Below, piece after piece: positions 15,473 to 28,940 of a stretch of DNA of 64,000 bases (positions within the stretch are counted from its first letter, which is position 1; each line of letters opens with the position of its first letter). The notes under the pieces were generated by a model. The model was not told the origin of the DNA. It did no database searches and saw nothing but the letters and a program-made list of their open reading frames with translations. Made by a program: the position numbers and the translations under genes. Source of the stretch: Eledone cirrhosa (taxonomy: Eukaryota); NCBI GenBank assembly GCA_964016885.1, contig OZ024750.1, positions 2,170,001-2,234,000 on the forward strand, given 5' to 3'.

Positions 15473-17758
15473 TTTCAAATTGATTTGAAACATGTTTTTT
15501 GTTTGTTTGTTTTATTGTGTGGTATTAGAAAAACTTCGTGTTCATTTAATTTATCTTTCATTTCTTTAAGACCAGTATTTTTTATGTATTTAATGTGAGT
15601 TATTGAGTTACAATATGACAGAATGAATTAACAAATATGTTATTTTAGTTTTTGAAAGCATTATTTTATCTGCATTATATCAGCATCGTTAATCCACATT
15701 TCTATCGTTATTTATAATTTATCAAACATTTTTTTTTAATTTTATTTACGAGGCTCGACTGAAAGGTTCGTTGGTGGTTGAGAAGAAACAATTAGCCACA
15801 TTGTCTCTTGGACAGTGTATGACAGGGCTGTCACGCACTGGAAATTATGTGAGCATTATAAAATATAAACAGACACCAGGAAGTGTCTCTCAATGATAAA
15901 GCAATCATTCTCTGGGTTATACCAACCAATAAAAAAATGAAAAACGGTGAGAGCTTTCTGTCCAACCTAATAGGTTTTTCTTATATTCATTACATTTTAC
16001 TGGCGTAGACAGAAAACAATATCTTCAGTACCACCACCTTACCTAAAGTAACACAGTCTCTCTGAATAAATAATATACACGAAGTAATTATTGTATCATT
16101 CAAGGGTGGCATGAGCTAAGATATGTTCTGTAAATTGACAGAAATGAAATACCTTTGTGAAAGTCACAATCTACCTCTTGCTCTTGTTTTCCACGGCGTC
16201 ACTTCAGAAGAGTCCTTTAAAGGTTGGAGGAGACTAAATATTGATAAACTTTCAACAAAATAACTTTTTGATAAATATCTAATCATTTTACCGCCTTTAT
16301 ACTGTTACATCTCGTCAAGTACCTTATTATCAGACAATTGCTTAATGGAGAATTAATTTTACATCTGCTTCAGACGGATCATTTCCAATTATTTTAAAAC
16401 AAGGTAATAGAAATGCTGACGTTCACGACTTGCTCTAAAGCAATAACGATGTTCATAAATCGTAGCTCAGAACTTCCCACATGTTTTATATTGACGTAAA
16501 ATAAAAGAGCATGTGGTGAAGTATAATGAATGGGTTGCTGTGTGTTAATCAGGATAGACAGTAATAGTCGTCTTCATAACTGATAGATTTTTAGCGATGT
16601 TAAAACTCCCGCAACACGAGTTAATTAAAATCTCCACTAGCCCGATAATTATCGTTCATTTCTCCGCTAAAAATATATCCATTACATTCATCACCATGTC
16701 AATATATATTTTATCGATAATTATTTTTGGTTTCATTTTTTCAAATTGCGGCTTCATTTTGCTAAATAGACAATATCAAAGAGTCTTTATATAATACAAG
16801 ATAATGAAACTAGAATTAGTCTTTTTCACTAATGAGGCATTTTGCAAGTTAACAGGTTTTATTACACAACCACAATATAACGGTATGCCATAGGAAGATG
16901 TCGAGACAATCATAATTAATCCTGCGAGTCTCTAGACAGCTTTTAATCATTAAGATTGCACCTATAGTGAAAAAAAGTCCTTGTTAACGATAGTTCTTGT
17001 CAAATGTAAGGGAGACAACACTGAAATTAAAATTGGTTGGAAACTGAATTGAGACAATCCTAATCACCACCCCTCAATTTTTCTATTTATAGAGTCCTTG
17101 CCATTCCCTCGCTTTTCCAGGATTTTTTTCTTTTTTCTTTATATTTTCCTATTTTACATTCCATTCTTTCTTCTCAATCTTTTTTTTTTCCCTATTAAAC
17201 TGTTTTTGTTTTTTCATACAAAAGTTTTGACAATGAAATCAAATAAATTCCAAATATATATATCTCAAAAAAAGAGAAAAAAAGAAAAATTGTATAGGGT
17301 ATGAGGCGGCGAATTGGCAGAGTCGTTAGAATGTCGGATAGAGTGCTTTGAAGTATTCGTTTCTGTTCTCTGAATTCAAATCCCACCGAGGTCAACTTTG
17401 CCTTTCATCCATTCAAAGTGGATAAAAAGAAGTACTAGACTGGTAATTTTTATCGACCTCGAAATGGTGAAACGCAAAGTTGACCTCGATGGGACTTATG
17501 CTCAGACTTCAGAGTGTGTGTGTGATTGAAAAATATGTCCTGGGATCGATTTGATTGACTAATTCCCTTTAATTCAGTGCTCCAGCATGGCCACAGACTG
17601 AATGCTTGTGTGAAACTGTTTTTTTTTTTTTTGTAATATATTTCTGTACCTTTTCATACATTTCTTTGGAGAATGTAATTATACTCCAGTATTTATTTAC
17701 TTTCTACCTTTTTGTTTCTCATTATGAGAGATGTCAAGGATTGGCATTATGAGAGATA

Positions 17759-17946
17759 GGCGGTGGATTGGCAGTATCGGTAGAGGGTCGGACGCCATGC
17801 TTTCCAGCATAGTTACGTCCCTTTACGATCTGAGTTCAAATCCCGCCGAGGTTGACTTTGCCTTTCATCCTTACGGGGTCGATAAAATAAAGTACCAGTA
17901 ATGCACTGGATAATTGCTGGCCTTGTGCCAAAAGTAGAAACAATTA
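17759..17946 (+). mobile_element. Young tRNA-derived SINE (dominant family in the window)
   Basis: A box TGGCAGTATCGG, B box GTTCAAATCC, body tttgcctttcatccttacggggtcgataaaataaagtacc; 19-bp TSD attatgagagatgtcaagg; nearly identical to the 33998-34180 copy. Confidence 0.9.
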
Positions 17947-18502
17947 TGAGAGATGTCAAGGCGAATTTTCTCCGTTATCACAGCTGAAAGTAATTTCTTC
18001 TGTGTTACCTTAACTTTTCTTCAAGTGACGTAATCCACCTCTGCCTGTATTGCTTGCTGTTCTTTGTGTCGGAGTTGTTTTTGTTATCATTGTTGTTGTT
18101 TTTGTTGATGTTTCCTTGTATTATTGTTTCTTCCTCTCGCCATTATTATTGCTGTAAACATTCCTGTTGCAGTTATTTTGTCAATTATTCCCAATACTAA
18201 TTTCTTTAACCTCTTCAAAATTACGAACAAAGCTACTACGGTCAAAGCGTTACCTCACACTACTTCTACTCCAGCAACCATTTGCAAATCAAAAATCAAA
18301 TTTGTCTGCGTTTACCAGCAGACAAGAAATGATCTATCATATTCCTGCGGGAGATATATTCAGTTGTAATTACTCTTCTTGTCTTCCATGTGTAATCGTA
18401 AATTTGAAACAAAAAAATGTTTAACTTACGTTTGGTGGAAACAATAAAATTTAAACAAGATTGACTTCAGTTCAAAAGTTTCTTCAAAATAAAATCCAAC
18501 AA

Positions 18503-18900
18503 TAATGGTTTCTAGGCACATTGCCAGCAATTTTGGGGAGGCGGAAAGTAGATTAAATCAACCCCAATGTATTACTGGTGCTTTATTTTATCGACCCCGT
18601 AAGGATGAATGGCAAAGCTCACCTCGGCGGGATTTGAACTCAGAACATAAAGGGACATACTCTATGCTGCAAAGCATAGCGTCCGACGCTCTAATAATGG
18701 TTTCTAAGTTAGACACAAGGTCAAAAATTTAGCAAGCAGAGAACAATCAGTTATATTGGCTACAGTGTATGACTGGTACTTTATATTATCGAATCCAGAA
18801 TGATGACAAGCAAAGTTAATCTCGACGTGATTTGAACTCAGAACCACAGAACGAAAAGAACTGAAATAAATATTAGAAGGAGTTTTGTCTGACACTCTAG
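18503..18900 (-). mobile_element. Two adjacent SINE copies on the minus strand
   Basis: ggatttgaactcag and cgaccccgtaaggatgaa segments. Confidence 0.75.
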
Positions 18901-18926
18901 CGATGACCTCGCACTCACATCTTTTA

Positions 18927-19559
18927 AGCTCTAGGAAAGCCATGAACGAAACCATATCTTTTTAACTTTGATTTTGAAAGTAGGTTTATAATTATTAATT
19001 TTCATTATACTTGTGTAGCTGTCTCGGCGGCCTAGTTGGGGACTCACAGACGCTGGTGATCCTGGTCTGAAGTTTTCTAAATAAAATCTGAAAAAGATTA
19101 CCTCCTTGATCAGGATTGAACCCAAGACCAGGATCTCCAGTACCTACCGCTAGGCCACTGAGACAGCTACAAAAACCGATTGAAAATTCATACTTATAAA
19201 CCTAAATATGACTAATAGCTCTAGGAAAGCCATGAACGAAACCACGTCTTTTTAAGTTTGATTTTGAAAGTAGGTTTATAATTATCAATTTTCATTACAC
19301 ATTTGTAGCTGTCTCGATAGCTTAGTTGGAAAAATCATAGACAGTGGTGATCCTGGTCTGAAGTTCGATCTTGGTTGGGAGTCGGGTTCCCGGTAAACCT
19401 TTTCAGCTCTTTTCTAAATAAAAACTGAAAAAGTTTACATCCTTGACCAGGATTGAACCCAAGACCAAGATCTCCACCGTCGCTAGTACCTACCGCTAGG
19501 CCACTGAGACAGCTACGAAAATCTTATGAAAATTCATACTGATGAACCTACTTTCAAAA
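18927..19559. mobile_element. Tandemly duplicated foldback element containing two convergent tRNA-like heads
   Basis: Units start at 18927 and 19217; inverted arms ttttgaaagtaggtt..gtagctgtctc / gagacagctac..aacctactttcaaaa; A and B boxes on both strands. Confidence 0.7.
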
Positions 19560-19664
19560 CGAATTTTCAATACAAAATGTTATTGCTCCTACTTAAGGTC
19601 GACTTCTAAATCATTTGGGTGTTCCATAAACTACATCCTCGTTTTGTTTCTCATCTATCTAGAC

Positions 19665-20036
19665 CAGGCATGTCAAACATGCAAGCACACCTACCTCAGG
19701 ACAAAATACTAAAAATGGTTGAATAGTAGCAAATGTTCAGCTTTGAACTGTTGTAATTTTTGTACAATGTATTTGTTGCAAGCTGCAAGTCTATGTTGCC
19801 ATTTAAAATGTTAGTTTTTTGTCAAACCACTTCATTACTTTGTATTCATGAATGCTGCTAAAACATTTGTATGTACATTGAATGTTTCTAAATTTAAGTG
19901 ACAAATATTTCTGCAATAAATTTTATTAAATGACTTTAATTAGTTGTAATGTGCACAATTAGTTGTCATCTGCGGCCCTCAAACAACACATATGTGACCG
20001 AAGCGGCCCTTGGGGATCCTCAGTTTGACATGTCTG
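19665..20036. mobile_element. hAT-type MITE
   Basis: TIR CAGGCATGTCAAAC / GTTTGACATGTCTG with a perfect 8-bp TSD ATCTAGAC. Confidence 0.85.
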
Positions 20037-20486
20037 ATCTAGACACTGTTGTACACTACTCAAACCCTACTAGCATCAACTAAAATCTTAGCTCCACAAC
20101 AACAGGCTTAAAGCAGCACCAGCTAAATCTATTGTCTCTCTTCTTACCAGTAAGACCAGAAAACATTAAATACAAGCAACCAACACTCTCAACAACATAA
20201 TACCACACTATCGCTCGCACTGTAGAAAGGCATACTAGAAACTGCATATAATTCATTCACAACATTCACAGCGCACACAAAATACAATAAGGAAATCAAA
20301 GCGATGCATGAATATATTTAGAGTAATCACAGGGGTCACATTTGGGCAACAAAAAGAAGCAACAACAATAGTGTACAAACAATACATTGGAATTCTTGAT
20401 ATATTTTGATCGAGATTGGTTCTTACCAATGTTTACATTTTTTGCCAATATACATTCGCAAAGATACATATACATACACACACACA

Positions 20487-20543
<57 letters not shown>

Positions 20544-21997
20544 TCTTTTACCCGTTCCAACCATCCGGCTGTGGCCATGCTGGTGCACCGCCCATATATA
20601 TGTATGTATGTGTGTGTGTGTGTGTGCCGTCGTGCGCCGGTACGACGGGTTTCCACACAGTATTCCTATACCAAATTTCTGTCACAAGTCATAGGTCAAT
20701 CTAAAGCTATGGTAGAAGACACTGGTCCAAAGTAATGTACTGTGGTTCAAATTCTTAGCATCTTATGATTTCGAAACAAACTTTTTAAATAGATAAATAT
20801 GGCTGGATATCTGAAGTCGAGATCAAAATTTCAAATAAATCGTTGATATGGTTGAGATTAGAAACTTTAATGTTTTATATTTTATATTTAAACCTTCTTT
20901 ATTTCCTAATTGATTCATTCCACACTGAATACCCCATTCAGAAAGAAAGGGGGGAGAGAGAAAGAGAGGGGAAGAATCGACTGCAGTGCTGGACTGGTAC
21001 TTTTTTTATCACCTCCACCCCCTCAAAAAAATAATATTAAATAAAAAGCAATGTTGACCTCAGCGAGTTTTGAACTCAAAGTCCAGCGAGTGTCGGACAG
21101 ACTACCCAAAAATATTTTACCTGGGAGGCCCTGAAAAGAGTCGTAATCATTGCCTCCCACCCCCTGATTAAATAGAACATATAATTAATATTCATGCAGT
21201 ATACGCTGAAACAGTTTAGTATTGATTTTCTTAGTTTGAACTCAACACTGCAAATTAAAGAAATACACGACAGTTTCATAAGGGCACTGCTGCTGCTATT
21301 GTTGTTGTTGCTCACAGAGGTGGTCTATACTAGCGTGGTGTAACTAAGTAAAGGTAGGATTGATTGTTGAGGGTTCGGTGTTTTAGCCATGGAAAGGGTG
21401 CGGTAGCAGTGATGATAGTTGGTTGTCCGAGGCCTTATCTTAGCTGGTTGCCTTATCGATTTAGCCAGCCATATTCATTTCAAGGTAAGTAACATATTTG
21501 ATATCAGCATTCATTTTACGTGTTCCCTTCGAAACTATGTAAAAACTTTGGTCTCTGTGAAACATTGTCATCTTTCTTCCTAAAACTATCCTGAGTTTTT
21601 GGCGTACTCTAGGGTTGTCTCCCCTACCTTTTTTTCTTTAAGCAATGTAAGTCATTTAATGTTTTGTTCTCATTACTAAAGGTGGCTTACTACATCTAGT
21701 ATATTAACACATTCTTTACTACATGCTTTAATTAGTTTATGACCTACATTTGTTTCATTATCATGACAGCATATTATTGAACAATGTTAGCTCTCTTTTG
21801 TTACTAAACCCAGTCCTAAGAATAGCTTCTCAAACTTCCTAATCATTGCTTATCACTGATGTTATGAAATCAAGTTGTTCTGTAGACTTTGAAATATATT
21901 ATAAGAACTTTTCTTTTGTTTTGTGTGATGTAGGGAAGTAGAGAGTTTCTGTACAACCATGCTACCAAACACAATTTTACTCTTTTATAAAGATAAT

Positions 21998-22570
21998 TCA
22001 TCATCATCATCATCATCATCAACATCATACGTCTGCTTTTCCCTGCTTGCAAGGGTTGGAGGGGTCCTATTCAGCACAGCATCTCTCCACTTGTCACGGT
22101 CCTTCGTCATCTCCACCGTAAGCTTCAGTGATCCGAAGTCCGCTCTCACCACCTCCACCCATGTTTTTCGTGGTCTACCTCTACTGCGTCTTCCTTCTAC
22201 TGGCATTTCTTGGCACTTCTTTACCCAGTGGTCATCCTCCATGCACATCACATGTCCATACCATCTCAGTCTTCTCTTCCGCACACTACAACTTATCCCT
22301 CTTATACACAGTTTCTCTCTCAACTCATCACATGTTCATACCGTCTCAGTCTTCTCTCCCACACACCACAACTTATCCCTCTTATACACAGTTTCTCTCT
22401 CAACTCATCACATGTCCATACCATCTCAGTCTTCTCTCCCACACACCACAACTTATCCCTCTTATACACAGTTTCTCTCTCAACTCATCACATGTCCATA
22501 CCATCTCAGTCTTCTCTCCCACACACCACAACTTATCCCTCTTATACACAGTTTCTCTCTCAACTCATCA
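21998..22570 (-). mobile_element. 5'-truncated RTE-clade LINE 3' fragment with (GAT)n tail and 4x 80-bp reiterated 5' end; related fragments at 27130-27393 and 28330-28530
   Basis: RKRRLRWYGHV..M...EGRRSRGRPRKTW.EVV..D...DRDKWR is the typical RTE C-terminus; 80-bp units at 22246, 22326, 22406, 22486. Confidence 0.85.
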
Positions 22571-23056
22571 TAATTATTAAAACATTAAAAGGCTTAAGAC
22601 TATTCAAATATATTTTTCTTTAACTGTTTAGTCAGTGACAAAGGGGCAGTGCCCACGATCCTTTTCAGGGCCAATAGTAGGAGGGAAGAAGATAACCCCA
22701 AACTGGAGACCTGGTCTGATTGCTTGCAACAGAGTAAACTTCACTAAATATAACAAAGAACCAGGTGGTGGTGTTAAACCAGACAACAAATTAAATCTGC
22801 ACCAAAGCGTAAGGCACAACAAAGAAAGATAATTTTATGTATAGCCTGTGTTATGTTAATCAGCAAATAGCACTCTGGAAACATTTTGTACTTTTAGGCA
22901 TTTTCATAGAAAATGCAGTGTTTCTGTAACTTGTCAAAATGTTGGCAAGTGAATTATTAAGTACATTTGCTAAATTGTCGATTTGCTGGCATGCAGTAAA
23001 ATAAATATTGACAAAATATCTAATGTTATGATATTCACATCATAATTAAACAGTTA

Positions 23057-23358
23057 TCTATATACTACTAAAACTCTGTGAGTGTGTGCTTGTCTGTAAT
23101 TTAATACAGCCAAAACGGTGAATAATAGGAAAATACTTTGAAAGGAAGTTGCTCTTGAAATGGAAATACAAATGGAATAAAACAAGTTTCACCTAAATCA
23201 GGGCACAGTTTCCCAAGATATGAGGTTTTTCTGGGTTCCTTCATAAACAGAGAGAGAGAAAGAGAGAGAGGAAGAGAGAGAAAGAGAGTAGATTGAAAGA
23301 GAGACATAGAGAGAGAATATGTACACACACACACCACACCACACCACACCACACCACA

Positions 23359-23392
<34 letters not shown>

Positions 23393-23506
23393 TCCAATTT
23401 CATTTTGCATTATATATATATCTGTGTATATTTTAATTATTCGAAAATTATTTTTAAGCGAACATGATTTTAAACAAATATTTTAAAGTGGTCGTGTGCA
23501 ATCTAG
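23057..23506 (+). mobile_element. Possible non-autonomous Helitron
   Basis: A|TCTATATACTACTAAAAC...gtgtgtg 5' end and CTAG|T at 23503-23507; subterminal hairpin is weak. Confidence 0.3.
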
Positions 23507-23919
23507 TGGTAGATAAAAGCATGCGCAGTGACAAAACGAGTATCATCATCATCATCTATCTTCCATGAGTACACAATAATAATATTCCTATCCTATACTC
23601 CAACATTACTCTGTTTATAGATGTTACCAACATCTAATTGACGTATTTATAAATTAGAATTCCAATGCAACAAAAAGAATACTAAAGCTGTTTTGATCAA
23701 ATCTGCTGTCATTTTTCTTAACTGCAACGCTTTGTTGACTTTCATATTGCACAACGCATCGTATCTTAAAGAAGTTACTCCAGGTATTACCACATTGTAT
23801 GTGTTCACTGCCAATGAAAATAATTAGTCTATAAAAAATATGTAAGCATTCATTCATTGTTTGGATTTTCAAATAAATACTAACAAACCATGGCACCCCC
23901 TCTTTCATGACAGGCTATA

Positions 23920-23998
23920 CAACACACATGCATACAGACATACATACTGACACTCGCACACACACAGACACAGACACACACACAGACACACACACACA

Positions 23999-24036
<38 letters not shown>

Positions 24037-24072
24037 GACACACACATGCAGACACACACACACACACACGCA

Positions 24073-24144
<72 letters not shown>

Positions 24145-24184
24145 TACATACATACATACATACATACATACATACATACATACA

Positions 24185-24218
<34 letters not shown>

Positions 24219-24245
24219 CAGACATACAGATACACACACACAAAC
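23920..24245. repeat. (CA)n/(TACA)n compound microsatellite
   Basis: Direct inspection. Confidence 0.95.
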
Positions 24246-24390
24246 ATGCAAACACTTACAATGGGCTTTTGTATAGTTTCCATCTACTAAACTCTTCTGA
24301 AGCCAAAGCTCTAGTAGAAGACATTTGTTGAAGTTGCCACACAGCTGACACCGAGGGTTTAGAGAGTAACCTTGAAACATACTGAAGTCT

Positions 24391-25050
24391 AATAATTGTT
24401 TCTACTTTTGGCACAAGGCCAGCAATTACCCCAGTGTATTACTGGTACTTTATTTTATCGACCCCAAAAGGATGAAAGGCAAAGTTAACCTCGGCGGGAT
24501 TTGAACTCAAACCATAAAGGGCCGTAACTTTTTTCTGCAAAGCATGGCGCCCGACCTTCTACCGATACTGCCAATCTACCACCCTAGCATGGCGCCCGAC
24601 CTTCTACCGATACTGCCAATCTACCACCCTAGCATGGCGCCCGACCTTCTACCGATACTGCCAATCTACCACCCTAGCATGGCGCCCGACCTTCTACCGA
24701 TACTGCCAATCTACCACCCTAGCATGGCGTCTGACCTTCTACCGATATTGCTAATCTACCACCCTAGCATGGTGTCTGACCTTCTACCGATATTGCTAAT
24801 CTACCACCCTAGCATGGCGCCCGACCTTCTGCCAATCCACCACCCTAGCATGGCGCCCGACCTTCTACCAATACTGCCAATCTACCACCCTAGCATGGCG
24901 TCTGACCTTCTACCGATACTGCTAATCTACCACCCTAGCATGGTGCCCGACCTTCTGCCAATCCACCACCCTAGCATGGCGCCCGACCTTCTACCAATAC
25001 TGCCAATCTACCACCCTAGCATGGCGCCCGACCTTCTACCGATACTGCTA
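24391..25050 (-). mobile_element. SINE whose 45-bp 5' head is tandemly reiterated ~12 times
   Basis: SINE body at 24391-24540; unit agcatggcgcccgaccttctaccgatactgccaatctaccaccct from 24541; two 36-bp deletion variants. Confidence 0.9.
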
Positions 25051-27393
25051 GTCCATAAATAATATATCCAAGTTCGTCTTTTTAAGTTTCTTTGAAATAT
25101 TCATCTGTTAGTTCTGTGCCATATGTCTATTTAAGTCTAGCAGACTAGGACAACTGAACAAGAACAATAGCAGCAACAAAAATACAAGAAAATCAACAAC
25201 AACAACAGCAGCAACAACAACTTTAATTTGGGACATGTTTATTTTAGGGATCTCCAACTCCAGCTCTGCTTTTCTAAATTTCATCATAGCTTTATTTCCA
25301 GTTTTAGGAAAACCAACTGACAGGAGACCCAAGGCAGACCCCTAGCTCAGCTGGTCTTGCTTGGGGAGCCAGCCAGATCAGTTGGAGAGGGTTTCTTCTG
25401 TGGGATCCACTGCAAGGAGTGTTTGAGGACTCTGCCTCTACAATATATCATAAGAATCAGCCAAATTGGTTGGCAAATCTATTTGAGGCACACAGCCATA
25501 AAACATAGCCTCAAATAAATTTGTCCAACCTTTACTAGGATGGAAATATTTGACATAAAATATGATGTTAAAATATAATGATGATGATGTTAAAATATAA
25601 ATGTACAATATTGTATTTGTTATGCTGAATTTGTCAACATACTCTTATCCTGTTACTTTATAACATGTTCCAGCCAACAGGTTGAGGCCATGCTGGGTCA
25701 TTGCCATTGTTAGCATACTGTTAGCAAAAACATGCATTTATGTCCCAAGTTTTTGGAAACAAAGGCAATTTCTGTTTGAGGTACCGAGTTGGAGGAAAAT
25801 ACTTATTTCTGTACTTTGTTTTATATAAACATTAAAAATCAATATCAAGCAAGATATTTTTATGTGTAAGCAAAGTTGTGATATAAATCAATAAATATAT
25901 AGACGTTCTGTTACAAAGCAGAAATATATTTTAGAATATATATATATTTCTTTTTTAAATAAACATTATTTTCTGAAATTCTTTTTTAAAAAGATTATAT
26001 TAAATTCATTATGTATAAATGTATCAAATTATAATTTCAGACAAGTACACTATCACATGTACATATCAGGTGTTTGTGTATATGTGTACATGTATATATA
26101 TGCATAAATGTTAGTATGTATGCATGTGTGTATACATACATGTATGTTGTTTGTATTTGATAGATTGTCTTTCAAATCAGTAACATGTAAAAATAGGTAT
26201 ATTCATTGTTGTCGTTGTTGTTGTTGTTGTCGTTGTTGTTGTTAACTAAGGAAACATGTTGCTCAAAGAAAATGTTACTTCAGGGTAATATCTCACATTG
26301 ATTCATTGTTGATTCTGAGACAGCTGGCGATCTCTGTATAGTGACAACCATTCTAGCTTGGCCTGAATACAAATATGACATTTTTCGTACAGGTTTTGGC
26401 TTTGTTTCACAGTTGTTAATGAGGATAACTTTAAAATAATTCTGACAATTTAAAACCCTTTAGAAATAATGTAAGTGAAATTATTCCTTATCTCTATTCT
26501 ATTTCTTTCATTACTTTGTATGTTAATATATATATAACTGTGTCTGTATATATCATAACTTATATTATTTTGCTTATAGGTGCTATTTTATACAGAAAGC
26601 AAGAGATAAGCTGATAGATAGTCTTCTGTAAAATAGAAACAACAAAATTACATTCATTATTTCAAGTTTTAGATCTGTCTTATAAATATCATAACTGCTC
26701 TTTCTATCATAATTTTGTTTTTTTATAACTTATATTTAACTCTTACCTTTATAGAATTTATGATAAACTAATACTAATTTTCGTTTTAAAATTATAATTA
26801 TGACTGATTAACTTTATGAAATAAATCGTCCATATTAAGTTTTGAAATAATCTTGAGAATTTTCAAGATTATAAAAACAGTGCTTAACTCTGGTATTTGT
26901 TCAATTAAGCAAATCTGTTCTTATCCAAAGTTCACCTTTGGATAAGATATTAGTTTATCAGAAATAATGTTTTCAGTAAAAGTGTTACCTATTCTCTACA
27001 GTTAAGAACACTTGTAGACATATAATTAAGTTTTATATGCATAAACACATTAATATCTCTCTGCAGTAGATATCTCCCAACTCATGTGCTGGTAGTTCAC
27101 TACCTTGTTCACTCAAACTTTTTGCTTCTATCATCATCATCTCCATCATCATCACAATCGTTTTCCATCTGCTTTTCCATACTGGCACGAGTTGGATGGG
27201 TCTTCACTGCATCAGTCATCGCAGTCCTTCATCTCTTCTGTGAACTTCATCAATTTGAGATCAGCTCTCACAACCTCTACCCAGACTCTCTCTTTTGTCT
27301 TCTTCTTCTGCAGCTCTTTTCTACTCGAATTTCTTGGCATTTCTTCACCCAACAATCATTATCTATATGCATCACATGTCCATACCAGCACAG

Positions 27394-27630
27394 TCTGCCC
27401 CACCACTCTCTGTGGAACATAGGCCATTGAGGACCCTGTACCTTCGTACACGATCCTGGGATGCTCTCACCACTCCAGTTAGCTTCCAGTTAACTCAACC
27501 TCAGTGTCACACCTCCAGCTGCTGTGGGGCCAGCCTCTCTTCCTCTTATCCTGTGGGTTCCAGGTCAGGGCTTGGCGTGTGGTGTTCGATACTGGTTCCC
27601 TGAGGGTATGTCCAGTCCAGCTCCATATCA
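27394..27630 (-). mobile_element. RTE-clade LINE 3' fragment (second family)
   Basis: WSWTGHTLR...TRQALTWNPQ.KRKRG.P..SWR motif. Confidence 0.75.
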
Positions 27631-28758
27631 GTAAAACAAAAACAAAAAAAGAATCGATCAACAAATTCCCAAACCTCATTCACTTACTAAATGGGGTGGA
27701 GTTCGTTGAACTGGACCAAGGAAACAATGTTTCCATTAATCTTTACATTGTTGATACTATCTAATGGCCACAACTCCTGGCAGAAAGAGCAATGGGAAAT
27801 AAAATGTCTTGCTCAAGGACATATTGTATCACTCGGTCTAGGAATCAAACTCACAACCTCACAATTGTGAATCCATTTCTCTAACCACTAAGCCTTCACA
27901 ATTTGGTAACAAATATTAAATAAATTGTTCATTATGGTTAACATCATTAAACTGAAATAAATTAGATGTGGCAAAACAAGACATGTACTTAGAATGCTCA
28001 GATACTACATTCTGCTAACATAAAAACAACATAGAATAGAAATATTTTATTGGATCACTCATATATTATGTCAGAGCTCCTAATCTCTCTATAATAAATC
28101 ACAACAAATAAATCAATGAAGGAGCTTCTATACAGTCACTTGACATGTTAAAAATAGCAGCCAAATCTATATCTCAGAGGGAAAATAATCTTGTGCAAAG
28201 ACTTTAAGAAAGCAAAACCTTTTAAGAGCAATTTGATTTTCATATAACGATTACATTCCCAGAACCTAATAAAACTGTAAAATTGCTTCCTGTGTCTTGT
28301 TTGTTTTATTTATTAACTATATATATATATATCATCATCATCATCATTTTACGTCTGCTTTTTCCTGCTTGCAAGGGTGAGATGGGTCCTATTAAGCACA
28401 GCATCTCTCCATTCATCACGGTCCTTTGTCATCTCCTCTGGGAGCTTCAGCGATCTGAGGTCCGCCTATGTTTTTCATAGTCTTCCTTGACTGCGTCTTC
28501 CTTTTTACTGGGATTTCTTGACACTTCTTTATATATATATATATATATAAGCCTACTTTTTTAGCCAATTTGGCTTATACCCTCTCCCCTCCCCTGTGAG
28601 ATTTTGGCTTAAATCTAATATAGTTTAATATATTTTATATTTTAATACTTCTCTGAGTGGATAATATATTGATATATCTTATCCTTTCATTGAGATGTTT
28701 ACGTATTACAGACAGTTAACTTTATAGAGTTATAATATTATGTATGTTAAATCTTGGA

Positions 28759-28940
28759 AGCATGTGGCCTTGTGGTTAGGGTGTTGAACTCATGATAATA
28801 AGGTTGTATGTTCAATTCCTGGACTGGATGCATGTTGTATTCTTGAGCAAAATACTTTATTTCATGCTGGTCATTCTGCCAGATATCAACAATGGAAAGA
28901 CCATTGGAAACATTGTACCTTTGGTCTGATCTGAGGATGA
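28759..28940 (+). mobile_element. Second tRNA-derived SINE family (copies at 30084-30290 +, 27795-27895 -, 36060-36190 -)
   Basis: tggcc..gtggttag A box, gttcaattcc B box, cttgagcaa..ac.ttatttca body. Confidence 0.6.

Noticed and set aside
15805-15900. PIF1/Helitron helicase motif VI (GQ...GLSR) remnant
   Set aside because: Too short and degenerate, needs frameshifts, and lies on the opposite strand to the nearby Helitron end
18000-18430. Possible minus-strand exon or gene
   Set aside because: Frequent stops in the frames examined and no domain-like sequence
19441-19516. Functional tRNA gene
   Set aside because: Good A/B boxes but no convincing acceptor or anticodon stems; part of a repeated foldback element
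22628-22832. Overlapping 64-65 aa ORFs
   Set aside because: No recognisable motifs or consistent splice signals
24544-25062. 172-aa MAPDLLPILPIYHPS repeat protein as a real gene; also a CRISPR-like appearance
   Set aside because: The unit is the antisense SINE head; no unique spacers and no cas genes; the open frame follows from the 45-bp period
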